Positions 8,776 to 19,081 are shown, counted from the stretch's first letter. The stretch is DNA of 64,000 bases from an uncultured Chloroflexia bacterium (GCA_963724635.1 CAVRVI010000007.1:73790-137789), one strand, 5' to 3'. Notes: generated by a model not told the origin, from the sequence alone. Numbers and translations: made by a program.

Positions 8776-9395
8776 GGCCCGCCAACCCGCCACGGCGATC
8801 GAGCCATCCAGCCTGCCAGGTCCGTGTCGTTGAGCAGCCGCGCACTCTGACAGGTGGGGCGGATGGCGACCTCCCGGGCGATGGCGCGGAGGAAGTGGCG
8901 ATCGAAGTCGCCGCGCGGGAAGGCAGCCATCACCGCGGGCCGCACCGCATCCACAGCTTCGAAACCATCCCCACGCACGTCCAGGCCGGTCGCGAGGTCC
9001 AGGAGCACCGATTCCACGCCGTCATCCAGCGTCACGCCGGGCTGCATGTGCAGCATGATCGCGACGGCGACCTCGTCGGCCGCGTCGGGCGCCAGTCCCT
9101 GACGCTCCAGGAACCGCCGCGCGCGTTCGGCTCCTTCGACCTCGAAGCACATCGTGTTCGTGGGGATGCTCGTCAGGCCGACATCGTGCATCAGGGACGC
9201 GGTCCAGAGCACCTGCTCGTCGAATGACCAGCCGTTGCCGTGCGCGATGGCGGCGCCCCAGCAGTACGCGCGGACGGAGTGGGCGAGGAGGTAGTCGGGG
9301 AGCGAACCGTGCGCCCAGCGCCAGGTCGCTTCCGAGACAGCGTCCTGGGGGACCGCGAGATCGCCGATCCGATCGGGGAACGCCGGGATCGTCAT
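8772..9395 (-). CDS. HD-domain hydrolase (cyanamide hydratase-like)
   Basis: HSVRAY.W, LMHDVGL, FEVEGA, AIMLH, FPR. Confidence 0.88.
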   Translation of the reverse strand: MTIPAFPDRIGDLAVPQDAVSEATWRWAHGSLPDYLLAHSVRAYCWGAAIAHGNGWSFDEQVLWTASLMHDVGLTSIPTNTMCFEVEGAERARRFLERQGLAPDAADEVAVAIMLHMQPGVTLDDGVESVLLDLATGLDVRGDGFEAVDAVRPAVMAAFPRGDFDRHFLRAIAREVAIRPTCQSARLLNDTDLAGWMARSPWRVGGP

Positions 9396-9763
9396 GAGTG
9401 TGCGTCGATCTCGGCCATGCGGTCCCGGATGATCGCCCGCACCACCGCGGGCGGCACCGCGTGATCCGGCATGAACCGGATGGTCCCCTTGGCGGTGTCG
9501 AAGCCGTCGAGTCCATCCAGGTGGGCCGCCAGGACCGCCGGGCTCATGGGAAAGAACGAGCAGTGGTGTTTCGCCGCCGCGAACGCGACGAGCGGCCGAC
9601 CGCGATACCGGAACGCCGGTGCCGCGTAGCTGATGGCCTCCACGGCCTCGGGCGCGGTCGCGGCGATGAGTTCGCGCAGGGACTGCAGGGCCGCTCGCTG
9701 GTCCGGCGGCAGGGCGCCAAGGATGGCGTCGATCCGCGCGCTCGCGGAGAGGTCGTCGGTCAT
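9392..9763 (-). CDS. DUF1801 (YdhG-like) protein
   Basis: APEAVEAISYAAPAF...FAAAKHHCSFFP...KGTIRF. Confidence 0.88.
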   Translation of the reverse strand: MTDDLSASARIDAILGALPPDQRAALQSLRELIAATAPEAVEAISYAAPAFRYRGRPLVAFAAAKHHCSFFPMSPAVLAAHLDGLDGFDTAKGTIRFMPDHAVPPAVVRAIIRDRMAEIDAHS

Positions 9764-10537
9764 GCGTCCGGCTCCAGTGGCATCGGTCCGTGACGCCCGC
9801 GTGGCGAGCGACCCAGGCCAAGGTAGCGGGCTCGCTCCTCTGCGTCGAGGTGCTCGATCGCGTAGCGCAGCATCGTCCGCGGCATCGTGGCCGCGTGGTC
9901 GTCGAGGAATTCGACGCAGCCGCGCTCGATCAAGATCCCCGGACCAGCGCAGCGTGCCACCCGTGGCCTTGTGGATGAGGTCGTGCGGGTCGTCGATCAG
10001 CATCTCGGCGATGCGGAAGCTGTCATCCACCTCGCCGCGGCGGATGAACGCGGTCGTGGCGTAGATGGCGGTCCGTCGCTCCCAGACGTCTGCGGACCGG
10101 GCGAGGCGGTACAGGACCTCACGCGGCCGATCCAGGAGATAGCGCCCGACGACCTCCCACGCACCGAGGTCCACGAGGTCCCAGTTGTTGATCCGGTCGA
10201 TCCGACGCAGGTACAGCTCGTAGAGCGCGGCTCGGTGGTCGTCACTGGTCCGCTTGTGGGCCGCTTGCCGGGCCATGATCCGCACTGCCCCGGCCCGCGC
10301 CTCGTGGATCGGGCTCTCCAACAGCTGTTCGATCTCGTCCAGCGCCATGTCGTCGAACTCCTTCGCGAGCTCGAAGACGAGGCCCATCCGCACCCCGATG
10401 AAGGTGTCGCCCGCGCCGTAGTGCCCGTCCCCGGCCTTGAAGTAGCGCTGGATCTTGCGCAGCTCCTCGTCCGATCGCAGGGCGACCAGGCGCTCGAGGA
10501 ACGTTGCGGCGTCGTGGTCGGTGACAGGTGGGGTCAT
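9760..10537 (-). CDS. DNA alkylation repair protein (AlkD-like), frameshifted near 9920-9950
   Basis: FIGVRMG, INNWDLVD, WERRTA, HDLIHKA.G; C-terminus MPRTMLRYAIEH in another frame. Confidence 0.85.
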
Positions 10538-10562
10538 CCGCGGTCGGTCGCGCGCCGGCGCC

Positions 10563-10967
10563 CTAGCTGGCCGCCGGCTTCTCCTGGATCGCCCAGCTGT
10601 TGCCGTCGGGATCCGAGAAGAACACGAACGAGTTCCAAGGCCCGCCCTTGCCGTCCACGAACCCGCTCCCGTCGTGGTGCTGGATGGGGCCGACCGGGAC
10701 CCCGCGGGCGCTGAGCTCCGCGTGCGCCGCCTCGATGTCCGCGACGCACAGCTGGAGGCCCTGGAGCGACCCGGGCGTCATCGTCGTGAGCCCTTTGCCG
10801 ATGGTGACCGAGCACCCTGAACCGACGGGCGTCATCTGGACGACCCGGAATCGCTCGTTCGGCGAGTCGTCGACATCGAGGACGAACCCCATCTGGTCCA
10901 CGTAGAACTGCTTCGCTCGATCCACGTCGGAGACGGGGACGACCACGACTTCGAGGGTGTAGTCCAT
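10563..10967 (-). CDS. VOC/glyoxalase family protein
   Basis: VPVSDVDRAKQFY...VVQMTPVGSGCS...FSDPDGNSW. Confidence 0.92.
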   Translation of the reverse strand: MDYTLEVVVVPVSDVDRAKQFYVDQMGFVLDVDDSPNERFRVVQMTPVGSGCSVTIGKGLTTMTPGSLQGLQLCVADIEAAHAELSARGVPVGPIQHHDGSGFVDGKGGPWNSFVFFSDPDGNSWAIQEKPAAS

Positions 10968-11031
10968 CAGGGCACGGTCTCCTGTCGGGCGAGGCGATGG
11001 ACTCGACGATGGCGTCACCCGGCGGATCCTG

Positions 11032-12732
11032 TCAAGCCTCGGGCGGGTCGGTCGTCGTTCCGCCCCCGACCGGGCCCGGATCATGCGCCAGGTGACGCAC
11101 GGCGACCTGGGTCGCGATGGCGCGACTGCGCGGCTGACCCGTCAGCGCCTCCAGGAACGCGTCCCGCTCGAGTCCCAGGACTTCGACGTCCTCGATGGCG
11201 CGGACCGTGGCGGTCCGCGGGATGTCGTGGATGAGGGCGATCTCGCCGAACGCATCACCGGGCCCCACGGAGCCCGTCACAACGTCCGCGACCACGACCT
11301 CGGATCGGCCGGAAACGACCATGTAGAACCGGTCACCGCGGTCGCCCGCGGTGACGATCGTCTGCCCGGCCAGGAAGGCCAGGGGCACGGCGTCGGCCGC
11401 CAGGCGCTCCAGGACCGGTCCGGCCAAGGGCCGGAACATCGGCACCGATCGGATCACCCGCAACTCGCGGAGCAGCTGTGTTTCGGCCCGGTCGGCGCGC
11501 AGGAACGTCGGTGCCGCGAGCAGCGCGACGACCGGCAGCGCGAGCCCGGCGACCACGATCGCGCCGCTCGGCCCGAAGGCGAAGATCAGGAGCGGGACCA
11601 GCAGGCCGCCGACGGCCTCGGCGGCAGCCATGACGGATTCGGTGATCCCGAAGACCCGGGTCATCACGTCATCGCCCGCCAGGCGCTGTGTGAGCGTCGT
11701 GGCGGCCACGTACGCGAACGACCAGCCGATGCCGCTGATCACGAAGACGACGGTCACGAGCAGCGGCGCACGCACGATCCCAAGGACCGCGACCGCGAGC
11801 CCGAAGGCGACGGCAGCGATGATCAGGGGCCGGCCGAGCCGCGCGCGACCCACCAGCACGACCGACGTCGCCGAACCCACCAGCGCCCCCAGGCCCGAGG
11901 CTGCCGTCAGGAACCCCACGGCGGCGTCGTCGAGGCCAAGCAGGTCGATCGCGATGACCACCGTGAAGACCCCGAGGGCACCGAGCAGCGCGATGGCGGC
12001 CGCCAGGACGACGAGGATCCCGCCGAGTCGTCGGTCCGCCGCCACCGCCGCCGCGCCGCCCGCCAGCTCACGACCGAGCGCGCGGAGCATCCCCCGCGTC
12101 GAACCGGCCGCATCGGTCAGGATGGCCTCCCTCGGGATCGCGGCCGCCGTGCGGGCGATCGGCGCCAGGGCAAGGGCCGCCAGCAGCGCCCCGATCGTCG
12201 TGGCCGCGAAGACCGCCGGTGCGCCGCTGATGCCGAGGAGCACGCCGGCCAGCAAGGGTCCCGCCAATGCCCCCGCCCCCTCGGCGATCCCGGAGACCAC
12301 GTTGGCCGCCGTGAGCTGATCGGGCGTCTCCACCACCTCGGGGAGCAGCGACGAGAGGGCTGGTCGGCTGAGCCCGATCGTCGTCGCGGCGATCGTCGCG
12401 AACGCGTACGCCAGAGGCGGCGGTCCCCACAGGAGGGACGCGGCGGTTGCCGCCATCGCCGCGGCCTGCAGCACGTAGGACGCCAGGAGGACCCGGGCGC
12501 GCGGCCAGCGGTCGCCCAGGAGCGCCGCGCCCGGCGCCACCACGATCGACGGGACACCGATGACGAACCCGACGATCCCGGCCTCGGTCGCGCCGCCGCG
12601 GCCGAACGCGTAGACGACGATCGCCAGCCAGCTCGCCCACTCGCCGATGCTGAAGAGGAGGAACCCGCCTTCGATCCGGCGCAGGGCCGGACTCCGACTG
12701 ACCGCCGAGATCACCGCCAGTTGTGCCCGCAT
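11032..12732 (-). CDS. MFS transporter fused to C-terminal cyclic-nucleotide-binding domain
   Basis: About 12 TM segments; GDRFYMV.SG...GDAFGEIALI.DIPRTATVRA. Confidence 0.9.
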   Translation of the reverse strand: MRAQLAVISAVSRSPALRRIEGGFLLFSIGEWASWLAIVVYAFGRGGATEAGIVGFVIGVPSIVVAPGAALLGDRWPRARVLLASYVLQAAAMAATAASLLWGPPPLAYAFATIAATTIGLSRPALSSLLPEVVETPDQLTAANVVSGIAEGAGALAGPLLAGVLLGISGAPAVFAATTIGALLAALALAPIARTAAAIPREAILTDAAGSTRGMLRALGRELAGGAAAVAADRRLGGILVVLAAAIALLGALGVFTVVIAIDLLGLDDAAVGFLTAASGLGALVGSATSVVLVGRARLGRPLIIAAVAFGLAVAVLGIVRAPLLVTVVFVISGIGWSFAYVAATTLTQRLAGDDVMTRVFGITESVMAAAEAVGGLLVPLLIFAFGPSGAIVVAGLALPVVALLAAPTFLRADRAETQLLRELRVIRSVPMFRPLAGPVLERLAADAVPLAFLAGQTIVTAGDRGDRFYMVVSGRSEVVVADVVTGSVGPGDAFGEIALIHDIPRTATVRAIEDVEVLGLERDAFLEALTGQPRSRAIATQVAVRHLAHDPGPVGGGTTTDPPEA

Positions 12733-12782
12733 CCCCGACAGCATGCGATCCGGCTGTCACCCCCGTGCGTCGGTCGTCTCGC

Positions 12783-13472
12783 TCAGGTCAGCCTGAGCAG
12801 GATCCCGGCGAGGTCGGACGGTCGCGTGAGGAACGGCGAATGGCCCCCGCCGAGCTCGATCGCGTCGACGCCCAGGCGCTCTCGGGCCGCCTTCCGCAAC
12901 CAGTCAGGGTTGAGGGCACGGTCATCGCGACACACGATCACGGTCGATGGGACGTCCGGCCAGGCGATCAGCGGCGTCGGCTCGCGCATCGCGCGATAGG
13001 ACTGGGCCCGCAGCCGCCCGACCGCCCAACGCGCGGTCGCAGCGGGCGCATCGTGGAAGAACAATTCGGTCGCGGTCGCGGGACCGATCATCCAGACGTC
13101 ATCCCCGAGATCGGTCCACTGCGCGTTCGTGGGCTGGATGCGGCCGTCGATGGCCTCCGTGTCGCGCTGGTCGTTGAGGCTGCGGCCCGGGGACGGCAGG
13201 AAGGCCGTCACGAACACGAGGCGCTCGACGGGTCGATGAGCGGCGACCAGCGGGATGACGAGGCCCCCCATCGAGTGACCGACCAGGAGCGGCCGCTCGA
13301 TGCCTTCGAGGGCCGCCTCCACCACCCCGGCGTACTCGGCGGCCCCGGCGTTCGGGTCGGAGATCGGGAGGTCCACCGCGATCACCTGATGGCCGGCCCG
13401 CTCCAGTGCCGGCCGAAGGAAATCCCAGCACCACGCCCCGTGGTACGCGCCGTGGACGAGCACGATGTCCAT
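12783..13472 (-). CDS. Alpha/beta hydrolase (methylesterase-like)
   Basis: LVHGAYHGAWCW, GHSMGG, DDRAL, GGHSPF. Confidence 0.92.
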   Translation of the reverse strand: MDIVLVHGAYHGAWCWDFLRPALERAGHQVIAVDLPISDPNAGAAEYAGVVEAALEGIERPLLVGHSMGGLVIPLVAAHRPVERLVFVTAFLPSPGRSLNDQRDTEAIDGRIQPTNAQWTDLGDDVWMIGPATATELFFHDAPAATARWAVGRLRAQSYRAMREPTPLIAWPDVPSTVIVCRDDRALNPDWLRKAARERLGVDAIELGGGHSPFLTRPSDLAGILLRLT

Positions 13473-13565
13473 CCCGGAACTGTACTCGAGGGACCGCGCC
13501 AGGTGACACCTGTCGCGTCGGACCTACCCATGGGATCCCTGGAGCGCGAGCGTATCCTGTGGGCC

Positions 13566-15206
13566 ATGTCGACCGGGGTGGCGGCGGGGACGACACATCG
13601 CGGGCTCTCGCCCGTGACTCTCGTCGCCCTCGGCCTGCCGCTGCTTGGCCTCGCGCTCCTCCTCGCCGACCCATCGCTCGACATGGAATGGGAGCACCAC
13701 CCGAGTCACTTCTGGCTGGTCCTGGTCACGGCCGCCGTCAACGTGGTCCTCGCCTACGTCACGAACGTGGCGGCCGGTCGCCACCGCGACGCCCGGATGG
13801 TCCTGATCTCGCTCGCCTTCCTCGCGAGTGCCGGGTTCCTGGGCTTGCATGCGCTCGCCACGCCGGGCGTGCTCCTGCCGAGCGCCAACGCCGGATTCGT
13901 GATCGCGACACCCATCGGCCTAGTCATCGCATCGGTGTTCGCGCTCCTCGCGACCGGGCCGTTCGGGGGCCCGCGCGCCCGCGTCGTGCTCCGCCTGCGT
14001 CCCATCCTGCTGGCCGGCTTGCTCGCGGTCATGGCGCTGTGGGCGATCGTCTCGATGGCGCGATTGCCGCCCATGGATGGACCGCCGCCCTCACGCGAAG
14101 GCGTCGGCCTGCTCACCGTCCTCGCGATCGTCGCCGTCGTGCTCTATGCGATCGCCGCGTGGCGGGCGGCTGCCCTGTATCGACGCCGTGGGGGCAACGT
14201 CCTGCTGAGCCTGACGGTCGCGATGGTGCTCCTGGCAGAAGCCATGATCGCGGTCGTCCTCAGTCGGAACTGGCATGCGAGCTGGTGGGAATGGCACCTC
14301 CTCCTGCTCGCGGCGTTCCTGGCCATCGCCCTGGGTGCCCGGAGCGAGTACCGCCGCAGTGGATCGTTGTCGGGCGCCTTCGGCGGCCTGTACCTCGAGG
14401 CAACGCTCGCGCGCCTGGATCGTTGGCATGCGGGTGCGATCGCGGCGGTCGTCACCGCCGAAGAACGCGGCGAGTCGACCGAGCGGGTCCTCGACGACCT
14501 CCGCGCCGAAGGTGCGACGAGCGACGAGGTCGCGCTGCTGGAGCAGGCTGCCGATGAGCTCCGGCGTCTCGACGCGGCCTTCCGTCCGTACCTGCCGTCG
14601 GTCGTGGCGGAGGGGATCCGCCAACGCGAACCCGATGTCGCCCGACTCGGCGGCGAGGAACGCGTGGTCACGGTGCTGTTCGCCGATCTGGCGGGCTTCA
14701 CGACCTTCAGCGAATCCCGGGCGCCGACCGAGATCATCACGATGCTGAACGAGTATTGGGCGGCCGTCGTTCCAAGCATCGACGCCGCTGGCGGCGTGAT
14801 CGAGCATTTCGCGGGGGATGGCGTCATGGCGATCTTCAATGCCAACGGGACCCAGCCGGACCACGCTCGGCGGGCCGCGGCGGCCGGATCCGCGATCGTC
14901 GCGGCCGGCCGGCCCCTCACGGCGGCGCACCCGGGATGGCCGGTCTTTCGTATCGGGATCAACACCGGCCCTGCCGTCGTGGGCAATGTCGGGGCAGCCG
15001 ATCGCCGCAGCTTCGCAGTCATCGGCGACACGACCAACACGGCGGCCCGCCTGATGGCCGCGGCCGAGCCCGGCCGGGTCATCGTGGGCCGATCGACCTG
15101 GTCGGCGCTGGATGACCCGGATGCCGGTGTCGCGCTCGGCGGCGTTCGCGTCAAAGGCAAGGTGGAACCGGTCGAGGCCTGGGTGCTGGACGAGCGCCGT
15201 GGGTGA
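13566..15206 (+). CDS. Membrane-bound class III adenylate/guanylate cyclase
   Basis: Multi-TM N-terminus; TVLFADLAGFT, GDGVMAIF, IGINTG, VIGDTTNTAARL, VKGK. Confidence 0.9.
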   Translation: MSTGVAAGTTHRGLSPVTLVALGLPLLGLALLLADPSLDMEWEHHPSHFWLVLVTAAVNVVLAYVTNVAAGRHRDARMVLISLAFLASAGFLGLHALATPGVLLPSANAGFVIATPIGLVIASVFALLATGPFGGPRARVVLRLRPILLAGLLAVMALWAIVSMARLPPMDGPPPSREGVGLLTVLAIVAVVLYAIAAWRAAALYRRRGGNVLLSLTVAMVLLAEAMIAVVLSRNWHASWWEWHLLLLAAFLAIALGARSEYRRSGSLSGAFGGLYLEATLARLDRWHAGAIAAVVTAEERGESTERVLDDLRAEGATSDEVALLEQAADELRRLDAAFRPYLPSVVAEGIRQREPDVARLGGEERVVTVLFADLAGFTTFSESRAPTEIITMLNEYWAAVVPSIDAAGGVIEHFAGDGVMAIFNANGTQPDHARRAAAAGSAIVAAGRPLTAAHPGWPVFRIGINTGPAVVGNVGAADRRSFAVIGDTTNTAARLMAAAEPGRVIVGRSTWSALDDPDAGVALGGVRVKGKVEPVEAWVLDERRG

Positions 15207-15263
15207 CGAGCGGTCGCCGGGGCCTGGTCGGACCGAGCGTCGCTCGTGTACCCTTCGCCCGTC

Positions 15264-15332
15264 ATGGACCGATCCGTCGCCCGGCGTTCATACGACGCCT
15301 GGTTCGCCACCATCTCCAACAGGAACGGCTGA
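15264..15332 (+). CDS. Putative leader peptide MDRSVARRSYDAWFATISNRNG
   Basis: TACCCT -10 at 15249-15254; followed by a 12-bp hairpin (15334-15370) before the GTPase RBS. Confidence 0.45.
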   Translation: MDRSVARRSYDAWFATISNRNG

Positions 15333-15454
15333 GCCGCCCCTTCCAGCACCAGCGTCGGTGGAAGGGGCGGGACGGACGCGTGCCGCTGTCATCACCCGCG
15401 ATCCGGGTGGTGCGCGACCGTGCCGGGCTCGCCGATCTCACAAGGAGAACGGTC

Positions 15455-16384
15455 ATGCCCATGCCGCATCGCACGTTCGCCCAGGTGGCGAAGCGACGGC
15501 TCATCGGAAAGGAAGGTCGGGAGCGGATCCGCGAGGTCCGAGCGCTCCTGGCGGAATTGCCCGACTACCGGAACGGTCCGTACGCGGACCTGCGCAAGTC
15601 CCTGCTCGCGGAGATCGACGACACTCGCGTCCGATCGAGTGCCGTGCACCGCGACTCGATCGCGGTGCGTCGCGAGGGCGAGGCGCAGATCGCGCTGGTC
15701 GGCCCACCCAACGTCGGGAAGTCGTCGCTGCTCCAGGCGTTGTCGGAGATCCAGATCAAGACCGGTGACTACCCCTTCACCACGCTCCGACCGGTCCCGG
15801 CCCTCACACGCATCGGCGGGGTGCTCGTCCAGCTCGTCGAGATCCCGGGGCTGATCGGTGGGGCCACCGAAGATCGCGGTGGTGGCCGAGCCCTCCTGGG
15901 CGTGCTGCGTTCTGTAGACGCGATCGTCTACTGCACGCGGGCCGGCGCGGACCCTGGCGACCTCCAGGTCGTTCGGGCCGAAGTCGCCGCCGCCGGGATC
16001 GACAAGCCCTCGGTCCTCGCGATCACCCGCGCGGACGAGGCCGATGAAGCGGCCGTGACCCAGCTGGCCGCGGCATTCCCGGAGCTCGAGGTCGTGCGCG
16101 TCTCGATCCTCGATGACGTCTCACTCGACACGTTCCGCGACGCCGTGTGGGCGCTCACCGGGCTCATCCGCGTCCGGCTGCGCACCGACGCCGGTATCGA
16201 TGACGAACCGACCGCGATGGACCCGGGTGCCACGGTCGCCGACGTGGCCGATCGCATCCACCACGATCTCGGCCGGTCGTTCAGTGGGGCGCGGGTCTGG
16301 GGGCCCTCGGCCCGGTTCGACGGCCAGCGCGTGGGCCGTGAGCACGTCGTGCTCGACGGCGACATCGTGGAGATCCTGCGTTGA
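15455..16384 (+). CDS. OBG-family DRG/Rbg-like GTPase with TGS domain
   Basis: GPPNVGKS, DYPFTT, G.GRA.L..LR; C-terminal ARVWGPSARFDGQRVG.EHVVLDGDIVEI; AAGGAG RBS. Confidence 0.85.
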   Translation: MPMPHRTFAQVAKRRLIGKEGRERIREVRALLAELPDYRNGPYADLRKSLLAEIDDTRVRSSAVHRDSIAVRREGEAQIALVGPPNVGKSSLLQALSEIQIKTGDYPFTTLRPVPALTRIGGVLVQLVEIPGLIGGATEDRGGGRALLGVLRSVDAIVYCTRAGADPGDLQVVRAEVAAAGIDKPSVLAITRADEADEAAVTQLAAAFPELEVVRVSILDDVSLDTFRDAVWALTGLIRVRLRTDAGIDDEPTAMDPGATVADVADRIHHDLGRSFSGARVWGPSARFDGQRVGREHVVLDGDIVEILR

Positions 16385-16390
16385 TGGGGT

Positions 16391-17627
16391 TCAGCCGTCC
16401 CCGACGCCGTGTCGGAGGCGGGTCGGTGACAGCAGCACGCAACACCCGATGAACGCCAGCGCCATGGCGAACAGCAGCCACAGGCTCGCCACGAAGGTCC
16501 CGGTGGCGTCGCGGGCCGCCCCGAGCACGAACGGGCCCATGGACGAAAGGACGTAGCCGCCCAACAGCATCAATGCGGCGACCGCGCCCACCTGCGAGGG
16601 CTCGTCGGCGACATCGAGCGGCAGCGTCAGGACCAGCGGGAAGATGGCCCCGAGTGCGAGGCCCACGAGGATCACCCAGGCGACCGTCAGGTCCGGCGCG
16701 ACGCTCAGGCCGGCCATCCCGACGGCCGCGAAGGCCGCGGAGATGACCAACTGGCCGCGACGGGTCCCGAGGCGGTCCGCGACGAGCGGCACGCCCAGGG
16801 TCGCGATCAGCCCGACCCCGTTGAAGACCCCCAGCAGCAGGCCCGTCTCCCCGGCGGACCAGCCGCGCTCCACGAGCACGTTCGGCAGCCACGCGACGAT
16901 GCCGTAGAACATCAACGACTGGATCCCGAAGACGAACACGAGCAGCCAGGCGGTGCGGCTGCCCCACGGCAGGCGCAGGGCTCGTGCCCGCACCGGTCGG
17001 TCACGACCGTCCGCCCGGACGAACGTCAGCCACGCGACGAGCGACCCGAACGACAGTAACGAGATGACCGCGAGCGACCGCTGCCATGCCTCGCCACCCA
17101 TGGCGAGCGGCACCGCGATCGCTGCGGCGATGGCGGAGCCGGCGACGATCCCCCCGGCGTAGGCGCCGGTCCCAAGGGCACGACGCCCAGGCAGGTGCTG
17201 CGACACGACCATCGATGGCACGGCCCCGGCGATCCCGATGCCGATGCCGATGACCAGCGTCGCAAGGAGGAGCAGGCCCACCGAGGGCACGATGGCCCGC
17301 ACCAGGCCGAAGCCGGCGATCAGGCCCAGGCAGAGCGGCCAACGTCAGCCGCGGGCCCAGGCGCGCTGCCACCCGAGGTCCGATGGGCGCGAACAGGCCC
17401 ATGCACAGGACGGGGATCGTCGTGATGAGCCCGCCGATGCTCGCCGGCAGGTCGAGGTCCGCCCGGATGGACGGCAGGAGCGGACCGATCGCGAGCAGCT
17501 GCGGACGCAGGGCGATCGAGGCCAGGAAGAGCCCGACGACCACCGTGACCGGAAAGGCTGGCGAGGCAGCCGGTGCGTCCTCCACGGCTGGCGCGGTGAG
17601 GAGTCCCGGTTCGGGCAGGTCGGACAC
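16391..17627 (-). CDS. CynX/NimT family MFS transporter, frameshifted near 17335
   Basis: LRPQLLAIGPLL..I..DL, TTIPVLCMG, FGIQSLMFY..VAWLP, GY...GP..LG. Confidence 0.85.
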
Positions 17628-17669
17628 CCGCGAACGCTACCCGAAGCGGCGACTCGATGGTCGGGCGGA

Positions 17670-19019
17670 TCAGGCGACGGCTTCGCCCGCTTCCACCGGC
17701 TCGCCGATCTCGATCGGGTTGTTGATCGGGTCCTGACTCCACTCGAACCAGCCCCCGTCGTAGACCGCGATCCGCGGCCACGCCTGGAGATACGCGTAGA
17801 ACCAGGTCTCGCTGGCCCGCCAGCCGGTGCCGCAGTAGTAGGCGACCCACTTGTCCGCGGTGATGCCGGCCTCGGCCCAGTTGGCCGCGATCTCCGGGTA
17901 AGCCCGCATCGTGTTGTCCACGTTGCGGTAGTGCTGCATGTGATAGGCGTCGGTGCCGCAGTTGCCCCAGACGTCACCCTTGATCCGTCCGGCCGGGCCG
18001 ATGTAGTTGTAGCCGCTCACATTGCCGATGTGTTCGCGCCAGGTCCGCACGCTCACGAGGGCCGCGCCATCGGGATCGGCGATGATCTCCTTGGCCTCCT
18101 CGATATCGACGATGACCTCCGGGCGCAGCGGGATCGGCACTCCGAACGCCTCGACCGGCGAGGGCTCGCGCAGCGTCGTCTCGATCGGGTGACCGGCCTT
18201 GACCCACCAGTCGAAGCCGCCATCGAGCAGGCGGATGTCGTCGACACCTGCATAGCGCAGGATCATCAGGGCCCGCGTCGCGGCGATCTGGCCGGCCCGC
18301 CGACCCGGCCACTTCTCGTTGGCGTCACCCTCGGTGTCACGCCCATAGGCGATGACCGTGGTGTCCGACGTGATGCCGAGCGAGCGCAGGGCGGCATCGA
18401 GCGCCTCGGGCGAACGGCGGTTCCAGTCGGCCGGGTCCTCCAGCCAGTTCGTGTCGAGGTAGAGCGCCCCCGGGATGTGGCTCTCCTCGTACTCCTCGGG
18501 CACGCCGAAGTTCACGTGGAACAGCAGGAACTTGCCAGGCGGGGCGGCCTCGGGTCGGCCGCCGGCGAGGACGTCGCTGAGCCAGCCGACATCGACGAGG
18601 GCCTCGTGGCGCGGCAGCCTGTCGACGGGCAGGGCCGGATCGGCCGCCCAGGCGGTGAACCCGTCAGCGAGGAGCTCGATGTCGGTCAGGGCGCGCGCGC
18701 GGAGCACGGGGACCAGGCTCGCGGCATCGTCGAGGCCATCGCCGTAGACGATCACGCGGCGGTCGGGCCCGATGCCCTTCTCGTCGAGGATCCGCTCGAT
18801 CTCGGGCGCGTCCACGCTCGCCAGCCACTCCGCCGGGAAGGCGACCGCGCCCGGGATATGGCCGCCGCGCGCGTCGTCGCCCTGTCGCCAGCCGTTGTAG
18901 GCGCGCAGTGGGCGAACGTCGATCACCGTCACGCCCGGATCGGTCAGTCGATCGCGGAGTGATTCGACGGTCGTCGTCGGCGTCTCGGCGCCGGTGTCGA
19001 TCGGATGGGGTGTCGTCAT
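17670..19019 (-). CDS. Three-domain rhodanese/sulfurtransferase (YnjE-like)
   Basis: GHIPGA twice; active loop YCGTGWRAS; YDGGWFEW. Confidence 0.92.
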   Translation of the reverse strand: MTTPHPIDTGAETPTTTVESLRDRLTDPGVTVIDVRPLRAYNGWRQGDDARGGHIPGAVAFPAEWLASVDAPEIERILDEKGIGPDRRVIVYGDGLDDAASLVPVLRARALTDIELLADGFTAWAADPALPVDRLPRHEALVDVGWLSDVLAGGRPEAAPPGKFLLFHVNFGVPEEYEESHIPGALYLDTNWLEDPADWNRRSPEALDAALRSLGITSDTTVIAYGRDTEGDANEKWPGRRAGQIAATRALMILRYAGVDDIRLLDGGFDWWVKAGHPIETTLREPSPVEAFGVPIPLRPEVIVDIEEAKEIIADPDGAALVSVRTWREHIGNVSGYNYIGPAGRIKGDVWGNCGTDAYHMQHYRNVDNTMRAYPEIAANWAEAGITADKWVAYYCGTGWRASETWFYAYLQAWPRIAVYDGGWFEWSQDPINNPIEIGEPVEAGEAVA

Positions 19020-19051
19020 GTGGTCGTCGTCCCTTTGGCTCGCAGGTGCTG

Positions 19052-19081
19052 GAAACAAAAGACCCCTGCCGGTGCAGGGGT
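19052..19081 (-). terminator. Intrinsic terminator in the sulfurtransferase leader
   Basis: ACCCCTGC-ACCG-GCAGGGGT followed by CTTTTGTTT on the minus strand. Confidence 0.85.

Noticed and set aside
9392-10537. Apparent AlkD-DUF1801 fusion (381-aa ORF)
   Set aside because: The true AlkD C-terminus is in another frame ending at 9760 and overlaps the DUF1801 ATG, so the fusion is a frameshift artefact.
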